Assembly (NCBI RefSeq): GCF_000315625.1 | Contig: NW_005434649.1 | Location: 62,001-126,000, forward strand | Origin: Guillardia theta CCMP2712 | Lineage: Eukaryota > Protista > Cryptophyta | Length of the DNA: 64,000 nt | Direction: 5' to 3' | Shown here: positions 50,298 through 62,928 of the stretch, piece after piece | Numbering within the stretch: position 1 is the first letter of the stretch | Layout of the letters: each line of letters opens with the position of its first letter | The notes under the pieces: generated by a model | Database searches by the model: none | Seen by the model: the letters and a program-made list of their open reading frames with translations, nothing else | Told to the model about the DNA's origin: nothing | Program-made: the position numbers and the translations under genes

Positions 50298-51724
50298 AGA
50301 AGGGAGATCAAGTGATCGCCTTCAATACTTTGGTCAGTGAGTTATCAGACGAGGAAGGTCGACCCCTCATTTATTGGGCGTCCAAGCATGAAATAATCCG
50401 GGTTCACATGAAGCATGTCTCACATGAACAGATTCTCTCGCTTGTTCAAGAGGTTTCCAGCAAGCCTCCAATGCGGTTTCGGTCAGGCAAAGAGGCACGT
50501 GCACGCTGAGCAAGTACTAGTGAGGTCGTTTTCACTGGGGGAGCAAGAGCGCAAGGAGGCAACCAGAAGCATACTTCCCCCTCAGACGTACAGGTCCGAC
50601 CTTCCATCGGACCTTCCACCCTCGCACAGGAAAGAAGTGACTGGCAAGCCCGATGAGAAACCCAAAAGAAAGCTGCTCAAGTCGTTCACGACCTTGAAGG
50701 ACCTCGTCCAGTACTTGGAGCCTTTCTCGTCAGGGGGGGCAGCAGGCAGGAGGAGAGGGGGAGGTTACGGCGATGGTGACGCGATGGGCAGATGGATCGC
50801 TTCCCTTCCGAGGAGTCGAAGCGTCAATGGCTCTCAACCACTTGCATCGTCTGCGTCTTGACTCCAAGGTTGATCGATGACTCTCGCTTGTTGATGGTAG
50901 TGGTGAGAAGGGCGAAAGTGGAGGTAGTTCAAATGGTGGTGTTGGAGGTGGTGGTGGAAGAGTAGGATACATTTCAAAGGTTGAGAATTGTTTTGTTTGC
51001 AGAAGGACTCAGAATTGTCGGAAGACTTCAAGCGCCAGGTACTTTTTCGATCATTTCTTTTGTTCGAGACATGGTTGTACGTTTGGAACACTGCAAACGG
51101 TTCTTGATTTGGAGACGACTGATTTGGATGGTTTTGCTTTAGATCCATCAGTTTGCAGGAATGGTGATGAGAGACATCGGTGAGATCAAGGGCAAGAATC
51201 TGTCGTGGACGCTCAATGCGCTCAAGGTCTTCCTCTCAGTGTTGGAAATCGGAGCTCGCTGAATTGACTATAGGACGTCGTTGGTTTCGAAAGCTTGTTT
51301 GACGCAGCGGCAGATCGGCTGATGGCTGTTAGCTGACTCTGATGAGTTGCTTGTCATGCTGACTTGTTCTGTTATCCATATCCTCCAGCTCCCTGTCAGC
51401 CACTTCGAAAACCTACAGGTTCGTCTTATCCATTGACACCAACTTCATTTCCTGCTTTTCCTGCTGCCCAGTGAATTGCCTCTTGTTTTTTTATTCTTCT
51501 AAGCCTTGAAAAATTACTGAAAGTTTTTCTCTCGTCTGCAGTCGATCTCCCTGTGTTGCAACGCTTTCGCTCACTCCATCAACTCGAGGAAAATCTCGCC
51601 TAACAAGCTAAAGGTGATCGGCGTCCGCATGATCCTTCTGTATCTCACCTGTACACGAAGATGCTTGCAAATCATATGGCAACTGCTTCAGTGGCCTTAA
51701 TGGACCCGCAAAGCTCTGAGGTTG

Positions 51725-51763
<39 letters not shown>

Positions 51764-53631
51764 TTCCGCTCCCTCTGCCCTTGCCCTTGACAATCCCCTG
51801 AGTCGGCCTTGCTGCTGGGTTCGTGATTCTGGGTCTTGTCTGCATTTACCTCTTCGCCTGAATCCAAGTTTCAGGTGGATGCTCGGTCCATCGCTGTCCT
51901 TTGCAACGCTTTTGCTAAAGTAAGATTCAAAGGAGGAGGAAGCTAAGGAGGAGGAGGAGGAGGAGGAGGAGGAGGAGGAGGAGGAGGAGGAGGAGGAGGA
52001 GGAGGAGGAGGAGGAGGAGGAGTCGGTGGGGCGGGCAGAGAGAGGAAGCAGGAGGAGAAACTTAACCTCTCAGCAGATGAGCCCGGAGAGGGACGAAGTG
52101 TTTGAAAGTGCATCACAAGGTCACCTCTCCTTACTGCCATGGACTCGTTCTCATGTGTGTCGATAGCCATACAAGCCATGTCCAAGAGGAATGTCAGTAT
52201 GAAGCTACAGGTGAGAAGAGACCTGAGAAGAGACTTTATTCGCATCTCCGCTGCTTCATCTCTTCATCTCTCGTTTGTTGCTCCTCGTTCCTTCCACACG
52301 CTCTCAATCCCTCACTTTTGTCACTTCACTTCTCCTCCGCCCTCAACTAACCATCTTCTCAATCTCACTGATCGCCCTCAGGACGTGCGAAAGCTCTGCC
52401 ATGCCTTCTGTCATCGCCTCACCTACGATCAAGAAAGGTCGACCTCCCCCTCCCCCCCCACTCCCGGCGCTTGCTGAGCTCCTCCCAGGGACAGCGCGCT
52501 GTTCTGTATTCTTTTCTCCGTGGCCAAGTCAGAGCTGCGGAGTGAAAGAAAGAGAAGTCTTAAAACCAACAGCACGAGATGCTCGTCTTCTTGCCTCCTT
52601 GAGCATGGAGGTGACTTGCCCTTCACATTCCCCGCCGACTTCCGCTCACCCTGTTCGTGCAGACAACGTCGGGTGCCTTCCGGTCGACATCGCCCTCATC
52701 CTTCAATCTGTGACTGAAACCTGCGTCCTGCCTCCTCTCACCTGGTCCTCCAGCTCCTGCGATCGCAGTACAACGACTTGGAGATGCTCGAAGAGCTGAA
52801 GCAGACGATTGACGTTGACTTGCCTTGCACCCTATCCCATGGAACATTGAAACATTGTCCAGGCACTGAGTCTTAGCTTCCCGCAACACTTCGACGGGAT
52901 GGTAAATCCTGTGTTCATGCGTTGCTTGTTCTCCCTGCTTGTTCTTCCTGCCTTCTTCATTCCTCCTTCTCTTTCAAAACCCTTCTCCTTTTTCAGTTCT
53001 TTGTCGTTTGCTCTGTCTCTTTGCTCGATCTCTCTGACGTGCTTTAAAGAGCATACACGTCATCCTCAACGCTCTCGTGCAATTTCGTGTGTGTGACGCA
53101 AAGGTCTTAACCGCCATAGGCAGGTCGGCTATTTCACTCCTCTCGACCTCTTCTCCCTCTCCTTCCCTCCCCTTCCTCCTTCTCAACGGCTTGTCAAATC
53201 CTCACAGCTTTCAGGTGCATCATAGCGTCTAATAAGGTCAGCTCGAAACCAGAGGCGATCCTTTCCTTCAAGGCACTATCTTCAGCCTCCCTCCTTCTCC
53301 TCCTCACCATCTGCACAGACGATTCGCACCTGGCTCGACGTCGCTACCGATCTTCAGATCCACTCCGAGATTGTGGACATGATCATTGAGGTTCATCGTC
53401 TCCCTGCCCCTCCTCCTCAACCTCCGCACTCAGCTCCTTCTACCTCTCCCCGCCTTCCTGCTATCTTAGCTTCTTCTTCCTTTCTCTGCCTCCTCGTGCT
53501 TGCGCTGATCCTCGTTACAGATGGCGATGGAGATGATTTCCAGCAACGTTGCCAGCATCTCCAACGATGACTCGCATGCGCTCGTTCGCGCCATCACAGA
53601 GAGGGGGGCGGATGGGCCCCTGATAAGATGA
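50298..53631 (+). CDS. PDZ-like domain + OPR/FASTK-like helical-repeat protein (5' end unresolved)
   Basis: PDZ-like: KGDQVIAFN...KHVSHEQILSLVQEVSSKPPMRFR. Repeats: IKGKNLSWTLNAL, FENLQ|SISLCCNAFA, VDARSIAVLCNAFAK, DIALILQS, SIHVILNALVQF. Many short exons. Confidence 0.55.
51945..52022. repeat. (GGA)n microsatellite, intronic
   Basis: Direct reading. Confidence 0.97.
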
Positions 53632-53946
53632 AACAGTAGCAGCTCTTCTCCCTTCCTCCTCAACTCCTTCCTTCCCACCTCCTCTTCTTCGCGTTGCTCC
53701 TCCTCAATCCCATAAGGAGCGCTACTCCCTGTAAGAAAACGTCTTCTCTTCCTCCTTTACCCCTAGCGCTCCCGCCCTATCAAAATCTTTCCAACTTATC
53801 ATTCACATCCTCTAACTCCACTTGTATCATACCTTCCCTCCTCGTTCCTAGTCACACGGAATGTTCCTCTCTTTCCCTCTCCCTCCCCTCCTCCTTCCCC
53901 ACCTCATTCATCAGTCCTCATTCATCTGTTTATCCTTCAACTTCAC

Positions 53947-54732
53947 TCAATCAGCTCTCTCTACAAGTACATTCAGCCCGTCCATGATCCCGCTCTCCCC
54001 GACGGTGCTCTTGAGGTCGACCGGTCCTGTCTTCCATGACGTTCCTCCTCGCACGACGAGCTGGTAGTCTCCAGCTTCCACCCCGTTCTCATTCGCCCAC
54101 ACAGTCAGGAGCTTCTCCGTCGACATGGTAGGACGGACAGTCAGCTCGAGCGGCTCGCTGCCTCCGGTCAAGATGATGTTCCACTTGTCCTCGGGAGAGT
54201 AGGACGGTTTCTCCATCGACATGCGTTTCGCCTTGTCGCCAGACTTTACCGCAGTGGCACCTTCACCTGCCTTGATCTCATCCGACACCTCCTTCAGCTG
54301 CGTCTCGACGGTGTCCAGCGCAGTCCGCGCAAACTTCTGGGTCGCCTCTTCACCGAACAAGCCTCGTCCGGACTTGAGGTTGCCGAGGATGCCGCCAAGA
54401 GCGCTGCGAGACAGAACATGGTCACATGCTATCAATATGGCGGGGGTTCAAGCCAAGGGATCTCAGAGCAGCTCATCTAGTCTAACCTTGCAACTTGCTT
54501 GGTGTCGGGGACGTCAAAGTCCTCGTTCTTCATCGAGACTCTCCTGCAGATTCCTGCAGCACGTCCAGCTGAGGCTGCCCTCAGTGGTAAGCCGCATCCC
54601 GAGAACGCAGTCGCGACTGCGAGGGACTGAAGGATGAAAACCCCAAGGCACAAGACTGTTTGAGGAAAGGCGTCAGAGGGATGTGAGATTGATCGATATC
54701 AGGTGACGACCATGTGGAGAGAACGAGGTCAT
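53947..54732 (-). CDS. Predicted plastid-targeted protein with C-terminal ubiquitin/SUMO-like domain (3 exons)
   Basis: Spliced MTSFSPH|VLCLGVFILQSLAVATA-FSGCGLPLRAASAGRAAGICRRVSMKNEDFDVPDTKQVA|SALGG... C-terminal WNIILTGGSEPLELTVRPTMSTEKLLTVWANENGVEAGDYQLVVRGG...VDLKSTVGESGIMDGLNVLVERAD is a beta-grasp pattern. Confidence 0.7.
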
Positions 54733-55406
54733 CACAATATTGCGAGGAGTGAGCAAGAACGAGTTGAAATGGGCAAGAATCAACAAGAGCATCTCGGTGA
54801 CAAGACCTCTCAGTAGGATGAAAGAGATGTTATGTCACTTTGATGCATCTTTCACAGCTGAATCGTCCTCTTCTCCATCTACTTCTCTCTATTGCACTCA
54901 CCCGTCCTCGCCATTGCCGGCCGCCAGCGTAAGAAATCGGGGAGAAGGCCAACAACATAGTGGGGTGGGTCCAATGACTACCCTTAGTCCCCCTGCATTT
55001 CGTGCTACCAACACTGGGTACTTGGGTCCACTAAACATTTCTCGGACATTGGGGTAGGGTCATCCTCCACGGTTACGAGCGGGGATGTGGGAACCACATC
55101 ACAGGTAGGGTACCGTTTGTGGGAAGCTGGAGGGGTAGGAGTGTTAAGGGTGGGGATGGGGTCCAATTTCCTAGTCTTTGCCGTATACAATTAGGGGGTG
55201 GGGTACCCCGGAAATAGTAGGACGGCGAGAATGCCGGAGGCACGCCGTTGAAGGCGATGGCGAGGGGAGAGGAGCGAACATGAGAGGAAGGGACGGAATG
55301 AAAATGGTGGAAGAAGGAAGATGGAGTTGAGTGTGCATTGGAAGGAACTTGTGTTGTCATCATACACATCTTGAAGCCCCGTTCAGTATTGCCAGGGAGA
55401 CCAAAC

Positions 55407-57609
55407 ATGATTTCAAGAGAAGGGCGAAGGGCGGTGATGGTGGCTGGTGGTGGGCTGCTGGTGGTTGCAATGGCCTTGTGGACAGTGGGAAGGGGCGACT
55501 CCGATGCTCCGCAAGAGAAGCTTGCAGAGAGAGCAAACCTGTATGGTAGTGACTTGTGGAAAGGAATGTGGAGGAACGCGGGGGTTGCTGGTCCAGGGCA
55601 CTTTAATTGGCCACATGTAGCCAGCAAGAACGCTCCTACGGCTCATGTTGAACACGCACAAGATCAGAGCACCCATCATCAGGATAGGGCAAGACAGCAC
55701 GATGCGCCACGTAGCATCAAGGAAGCAGCAAGGTCTCGCATAGCCAAGTTGGCTCAGACGAGCCATCTCCCGGCAGTCAGTATCGTGCAACCAGTTGGCG
55801 CTGGAGGACAGCAGCAGTCGAACCAGATTGAACAGGAGCAGGAGCGGGAGCATGAGCATGAGGAGGTCAAAGAACAGGTGAGCAAGAACCCCAGTGACAG
55901 CGCGGAATCGCAAGCAGCACCAAAGTCCCCTCAGGAGGGTCAGTATGGCTGGAGACCTGGGATGGATACGATCCGTTGGCCTGACCAGCAAGTTGAGGAG
56001 GAGGTTGTTCCACCACAGGAAGTCCAGCAAGAGCAGCCCTCTTCTGTGAGCGTTCAGACCCAACCTCCAAGCTCTCCGACGACCCCGAGCAGTCCGAGCG
56101 AGATTCCATTGATGCGATCAACAGCGACTGATGTCATCAATGCAGTCCCGATGGAACCGGACGTGGAAGCTGCAGGTTCAGCTTCCCACCTCTCCCTCTC
56201 AACCTCTCGTCGCCCTTCGTCCCTGTCTCTCTTCCTGCCAGGTCGTGTAAGCTGACACTCGTCATGCAGCGATCAGCGGAAACTGGACAAGACGAGCAGC
56301 GGCAGGTGCATTCTGCAAGCAGGACCCGACAGGGTCACCTGAGCAGATGGTGCGAATGTCCTTGGGGGAATGAGCGAGGGCGTGCTGACCTTGCGCTCAG
56401 CCGAGACAGTGTGCTGTGTGGGAGCAGCCGGCGTGGGGTCGGATGAAGAAACTGCCGGTGATTCGATGCCTCAGGGTCGGTCGGGCGGCTTTTGACTTGT
56501 ATGGAAGGTGGGGAACAGCCCGCAAGTTGCCAATGGCTGCATCGAATACACCTGTCGCTCAGTTCGGGCTGAGCACGTAATCTTCCTGGACCAAAGGCTC
56601 GAGCTGATGCTGAAGCGGCTGCTCCTGGCCTGCGAGCATGGCGCCAGCATGATCGGATCATGGGCGAATGTAAGGAAGCGCTCCGAAGCTTGCTGTCACG
56701 CGAGCTCGAGTGAAGTGTGTCACAGGAAACTTGGATCCGGATGAAGTTGAACTGGGCGCGAATGTTCGGTCTTCAACACACTTACGAGCAGGCGGCAAAC
56801 GAGCATCTGGCATGGATGCAGGAGGAGGCGTTCAGAAAGAGCGTGATGGTGAGAATGCGGCAGAGGCAGAGGCAGAGGCAGAGGGATAGTTTGGCGCAGG
56901 GAGAGAGGAATCTGACGTGGAGGTGTGCTGTTGGTGATGTGTTCATGGTGAACAGGTGAAAATGAAGGGAGATACTTCTTCGTTTGGCGAGTACACTCAC
57001 GTAGACCCGATGACAATCACTCCCGGTGAAATTTGATCCTCAACAGAAGGTGTCAAACTTAGGTTTTCATCTGACGTCAATCCTTCAGGCACGAGGATGG
57101 AGAGTGCGGTGTCAGGCTGCATGTACCCGTTCATGAACTGCAAGAACCAGCTCCTGCAGGCAAAGAGACTTTGCCACGATGACGGATACTGGTATGAAGA
57201 GGGGAGGATCAGGATTGGAAGGAGGAAAGGGGGGGAGGAAAGAGTTTCTTTCAACAAGAGGTGGGGGGAGGGGAGGGGGGAGGCGAAGGAGGAGGAAGAG
57301 GAGGAGGAAGTCGTGGGGGTGCGGCATCTGACCTTGTGCTGTAGGGTGAGGCACGTGAGAGACTTTCATTGCACGGGAGGTTTCATCGCGTCGGAGCCAG
57401 GGGAGGCGGAGAAGTGGAAGTACATCGATCACTTCGCCATCTCCATGGCGCTGCTGGTCGGGGCCGTGGTCATCGGCCTCGTCGTCCGGGCCTACATGCT
57501 GAACCGGCTGGCCAAGCATGCGGGAGTAGATCACAGGCTGTGGTGGCTGAGGGGACAGACAGAGCAGTCGACGCCTCCAGATCGGGAGATCGTGCAGATC
57601 ACTGTGTGA
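55407..57609 (+). CDS. Hypothetical membrane protein: N-terminal anchor, Q/E/P-rich linker, Cys-rich domain, C-terminal TM helix
   Basis: AVMVAGGGLLVVAMALWTV at the N-terminus. Cys-rich exons lie at 56265-57190. FAISMALLVGAVVIGLVV lies near the end. Confidence 0.6.
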
Positions 57610-57857
57610 GGTAGGAGATACGTCATGGAGGGGAAGGAAGTTTCAAGGTCAATACGAAGCTGTTTCCAAAGGAATCGGATCATGGCGGGATGGTTCAATC
57701 TTCGTGTGAGGAAGAGAAGGGGAGGGGAGGGGAAGAAGAGTTGTTGAGGGCTCCTCAAAGTCAACGTCCCTTAGATCTGCGAGGAGGATCAAGGATGCGC
57801 TGTTGACATGTCAATGTGCTGTTGTATATAGTAAAGCTAATCCTCGACCGACTTGTC

Positions 57858-60162
57858 TTACTTTTTCTTCTTCCCCTTCTTAGAACTTGTCCCATCCTTG
57901 TATACCTCACGAAAGAGCGATTCCTGTGAAGGAGAAGGAGGATGGTCAGCCGTTTCCCCTCTAGCCCCGCACCTACTCACCTTGATCCCGTTCCCCGACA
58001 GTGTGAACACCGAAAGCCTCCTCGTCGGCACCCGCAGAAGCTCAGCAGCATCTTGCCCTATCCCGAGATTGTTTTCTAATAGAAGCTGTGGGAGGGTCAG
58101 GAAATGGTGGGAGCGGGAGGAGGGCGAGAGGGCGAACGAGGGAGAAAGTTGACTTGCGATAGGGGAGGACAAAGATCGAGGAAAGTAGCAGCACAAGTTG
58201 TAGGCGGAGAAGATGAGAAGAGCTGGGGATCAGAGGAAGGAGTAAGAGGGAGGACAAGTTGGAAGCTCTGGGAGGAAGAGGAAGGGGAGGGGAAGTAAAG
58301 GAAAGCCGGAGAGAGAGGAGGGGAAGGGATAGATCGTCACCTCCTCTAGAGACACGTTGAGGCTGAGCTGCTTCACCATGAACTTGAACTGGCTGATGCG
58401 CTGGATAGAGTCACCCAGCTCGTGGTAGGTGGAGGGGGAGAAGCAAGTCCCCCTCTGTATCCCCAGCTGACATAGCCTGATCGCCTTGACCCCCTGCGCA
58501 TGCTTCGACACCTCCGTGCCGCAGCTGCCCCGACTGAGAAAGACGCTCCCCCCGCTGATAGAACGTATCCGAATGATCTCTCGCCCGACATGCAGGCAGG
58601 CGCCCTTGACGATGCCGAGCTCGAACAGTTGCCGCTCGGAGACAGGCGTGTACCTCTGTAGGAAGTTCTTGCTCGTGGTCTCGTTGCCGGCAGACGGAAA
58701 GACAGGCTGCAGGCTCTGCAGCGGCAGGACGAACTTGACCGCGTCGAGGTCCTCCCGAATGATGAAAGCGCAATCTGCAACGATATCCGTCACGTGAATC
58801 ATCTCCATCCCCATCTGGCAGTAGCATCCCTTGGTGATCTGAGCTCGGAATACCTGGAAGGAGTCCTGCTTTAGGTGGGCCCAAGTCTCCTCCTTCTCAA
58901 GGGGACAGGCCAGCGACACTTCGAAGTTCGACTCGTCCACCTGGACTACTTTCTGCGTCCCGTTCTTATCCATCACCTTGTACGTGATGTCCTCCGTGAA
59001 CGAGTTGTCACACAGGTTCAACTTCTGCAGAGTCTCCGTGGCCGCAAACAGCTTCGGCTCTCCCTCGATGTACGATGTGAACAGTTCCCATCCTGCCCAA
59101 GGGCCCTGGGTGGCCCGGTAGTTCCCCGACGTGCCCTCCATCGGCTGTGCTCGGAACTCATCGCTCAGCACAGCCTTCAGTTCCAAGTCCCACAAGTTGG
59201 TCGCGTTCCCATCCTCATCCTGCTTGTCGCTGCTGAACTGACGGACCGACGTGGGTGCCCAGAGTTCTTGGTTGGTCATCCCCGCAAAGATTGGGATCAA
59301 GGAGTACCCAGGCAGGCTGTTACCTTCCTCATCAATGTACAGACCCAACTTGTTCCCCTTGAGGTCCAGCGACTTGACCTTCGAACCCTTGATGATGCCA
59401 TCAGCGATCAACTGCCCGCTGCGCGAGGTCAGGCCGCAGAACGCCAAGCTCAGGGTCGACACGTTGGTGTTGTTTCTCAGCCCCGACGCGATATGCTCGA
59501 CCCCCGCATCCCCGAAGTGATTGAAATCCAGTGTCAGCGATCGCAATGGCACGTGGGCCTTGAGACTCTCGCCGAGCAGTTCGCAGCCTTGCAGTCCGAT
59601 GCCGCAGTCCACCAGTTCCAGGTGTAACAATCCCTCCCACACGTCCGGCTTCGGCGGCTTCATCCCAAACTCTAACAATCCTTTGAGCCCTTCATCTTCT
59701 ACCGGAGAATGCCAGAAGCATATGCTCTTGACCCTGCAGTGGAGGGGACAAACCTCTTTCAACGACTGGGGCAACGAAACAGAAATCAGAATAGGAACGA
59801 GGAAAGAGTGTGGAGTAGATAGTAGAACTCACTCGCCCGAGCTGCTTAATCGCAAGAGGGTTCAGGTTGTCTACCTCTCTCTTGCCATCCTCCTTCACTT
59901 CCCCGGCAAACACGAGCTTCATCGTCTCCTTGGCCTCCTCGGGACCATTCGGACGCGCCCAACCCTGACTGTCGTACAACTTGTTGAGCAAGGCATTATC
60001 AACAGTGACCTAGAATCAACTCAGCTCTGAACGAGAACAGGAAGGAGACTTATCAAGTAGACACACCTGGACGTCATGGAGGTGCTTCTCCACGCTCTCC
60101 TTCACCCTCTTCATCTTCAGCTTGTTCCCGTCGTCGTCGACCTTCCCTCCCTTCCCCGACAT
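57858..60162 (-). CDS. RNI-like leucine-rich-repeat protein with large insertions
   Basis: LLHLELVDCGIGLQGCELLGESLK, LRSLTLDFNHFGDAGVEHIASGL, VSTLSLAFCGLT, VKSLDLKGNKLG, LQKLNLCDNSF, LLLENNLGIG. ATG at 60162; ends KKGKKKK*. Confidence 0.85.
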
Positions 60163-60583
60163 TCTCTCAACTGCCGCCAAACAGGTCTCCCTCAGAGCTT
60201 GTGCTAGACGATTTGGGGGCAGCAGTAGTGACCACTTCACAAAATACAACTTCAAGTCCGCCTCACTATAGTCAATAGAGATTTTGCGATGGCAGTGATC
60301 TGTTCTATTTCATTTTCGGACTGGATCACCCTACCCCCTACTTTGTCAACATAACACAGGGGATTGTTGGGGTCCTCCATCCTTGTCCCCTGGCGTCGTC
60401 GCATACGCGGTCAGGAGGTAGGGAGGAACCCTTGAGCTGTGAGTTGCAAGAGGAGGAGACAGAACATCAAAGAGCAGATACGAGGATAGAGGGATAGAGG
60501 GATACAGAGATCAGACAGGAGGTAGCAAGTGGACTGGGCAAGGCAGCCAGAGGCTGAAGGAGAAGGCAACTTAAAAGGCCAAC

Positions 60584-60835
60584 ATGCGCAATATCGTACT
60601 GCTGGTTGCAAGGCTATACAGTCCCGTGCATAACTTCTCCGTCCTCTCAGCGGATCCTGGGTATGGTGAAGATGAAACTTGGTACGAGGAACCGGGCATT
60701 GACGAGAACGGTCACTCAAGGTATCATATGAAGGAATGTTTAGAGCGAAACGGACAAGTCCTTCCTTTTTGTTTCCAGGATGAGAACGCGGACCCAGGCA
60801 TTGATTACAGTTCGTGGACTTTCTTCACAGCTTGA
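60584..60835 (+). CDS. Probable last exon of a small acidic hypothetical protein
   Basis: Protein-like ORF (ADPGYGEDETWYEEPG...ADPGIDY) downstream of a purine-rich intron-like segment. First exon not resolved. Confidence 0.35.
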   Translation: MRNIVLLVARLYSPVHNFSVLSADPGYGEDETWYEEPGIDENGHSRYHMKECLERNGQVLPFCFQDENADPGIDYSSWTFFTA

Positions 60836-60867
60836 AATTTAATGATAGCAATCTGGTTTATTGATTT

Positions 60868-62176
60868 TTAATGGATGGCCACGGACCAATCACGAAACTG
60901 CTTTCTGCCATATTGAATGTCACAAAGCTCGTGGAACAGTCTCGTCGACAACTCCCCAGCTCTGCCGTCCTTGCCGCAAGGTATCGCATACTCCTTTCCC
61001 ATGTATGAGATCCCGTTGATCGGTGATACAATGGCTGCTGTTCCAGCTCCAAAGATCTCGATCACCCTCCCCTCGTTTGCAGCGTTGATGAGATCTGCCA
61101 TGGTGAAAGTTTTCTCCGACACCTCGAACTCACGCCATTCTCTCGTAAGTTCCAAGATGCTGTCTCGCGTCACACCTGGAAGGATGGTGCCGTCCAACGG
61201 GGCTGTGATGAGCTCCCGCTTGCCGTCCGCCCTCTTCCAGAAGACGAAGAAGTTCATCGAACCGACCTCGGTGACGTAATCCTCCTCCCCGAACAGCCAC
61301 AGCACTTGCGAGTAGCCTTGCTGTGCCGCCATCTTCTGCGGAAGGAGCCCAGGAGCATAGTTGCCTCCAACCTGCCACGACAAGTCAGTCGACACATCCA
61401 CGGTGATCTGCTCCAACCTTGTTGCAGCCAGTCCCCCCCGGCCATGCTCGCTTGAACTTCGACTCCGCCAGCACCTTAACCGGGGCGAAGCCGTCTTTGA
61501 AGTAAGGTCCCACCGGGCAGGCGATCACGTAGAAGAGAGCATGATGAGCCGGATGAACTCCGAGCGAAGAGCTCGTGGCAATGACAGTCGGCCGGATGTA
61601 GAGCGAGAACCCATCCTTGTCCGGTATCCAGTCTCGGTCTACCTTGAGGAACTGTTTGAGACATTCGATGAACTGATTGCCGTCGAACATGGGCATGGAT
61701 AGGCGTTGGCACGAGTCGTTGAGACGCTTCATATTCTTGTCGGGTCGAAACAATCGCACCACACCTGATTTGTCTTTGTACGCCTTCATGCCCTCAAAGC
61801 ATTGGACGCCGTAGTGCAAGCAAGGTGCCGCTGCGTCGATCGACAAGGGGTGGTGAGGAACGATTTGCGGGGCACTGAACCCATCCTTCTCATCCCACTC
61901 AATCTCCAGCATATGATCAGTAAAGAATTTTCCAAAGGGTAGAGAGTTGTCGAAGACAGGTTTGGGCTTCAGAGCCGTCGCTCGCTGTATCTGTAGGGAT
62001 GTAGGTTACACATTCCAAGCCCAACCATGGCTTGTTACCTTGAGTAGAGAAGAATCGATAGAACTCCCACTTGTCGCAAAAGTCCTTGAGCCCCATGTTG
62101 GGCGGGGCATGACGACGTGAACGAAGGCAGTGAAGGCATGGTACTGAAAGCCCTTCAAACTCTTTACGGAAAGCAT
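60868..62176 (-). CDS. BCAT: Branched-chain amino acid aminotransferase, probably mitochondrial (3 exons)
   Basis: FGKFFTDHMLEIEW, LHYGVQCFEGMKAY, RLFRPDKNMKRL, SLYIRP, RAWPGGTGCNK|VGGNYA (PLP Lys), EVGSMN, ILPGVTRDS, EIFGAGTAA. Acid-free N-terminal presequence ending RTFAT. Confidence 0.97.
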
Positions 62177-62928
62177 CCTGTCGCCAAATTTTCTATCAAA
62201 AAAAAAACATTTTTGCAGTATGTGCATCATAAACCTCCAAAGGCTTACCTGAATTTCCTGTCGGTGACAATTCGATCGACCAGCCCTCCAATAATCTACA
62301 ACAACCATCAGCACAAGTTTTCACCAACACACTGAGAATGATCAAATTCGATCGAAAAAATTCTTTTCATTACAATATATCTCATTGAAGAGTACTACAA
62401 AGGCAACATGCCAATTTCCGAAATTTTGATTCAATTTCCTGATCCTGACATATTGGTACAAACTACAAAATCTTCTCACCATTAAAATGCACATTTTCGC
62501 CTTATCCCCACACACATACAAAGTGCAACCCCTCTCCAGATTCAAGGGAAACCTTTGCTCTCTACAAGCTTCTGCAGGCATCCAGGTCTTGCATCTAGAG
62601 CATCCATGTAATCTACCATGTTCTAATGCAAGAGCTGCATGGAGGAGGGCGGAGAAGACTAGCAGAGGCTCGGGCGAAGTTCCCAACTCCGCCCTGTTGC
62701 ATTGTGCAAGGGGTACAGAAGGCTAGGATCACGAACGGGTACAGGTATCTTCCGGTCCAAAAGGGGGGTACGGGGGTACTCGGAGGATCTCAAACATTGG
62801 TGGTCTACCATCTTCTGCGGATCTCTTTGATTGATCGGGTGGAGGGGTGATATATGATACTCTAAGGGTAGTGAGAGACAAGGGGGGTGGGGTAGTTTGA
62901 CGCTTGTCCTTTCCCGCTTGAGGGCGTC

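Noticed and set aside
58875-59627. Long antisense or alternate-frame ORFs (also 20789-21454, 55413-56063, 8650-9306)
   Set aside because: Shadows of GC-rich real coding exons.
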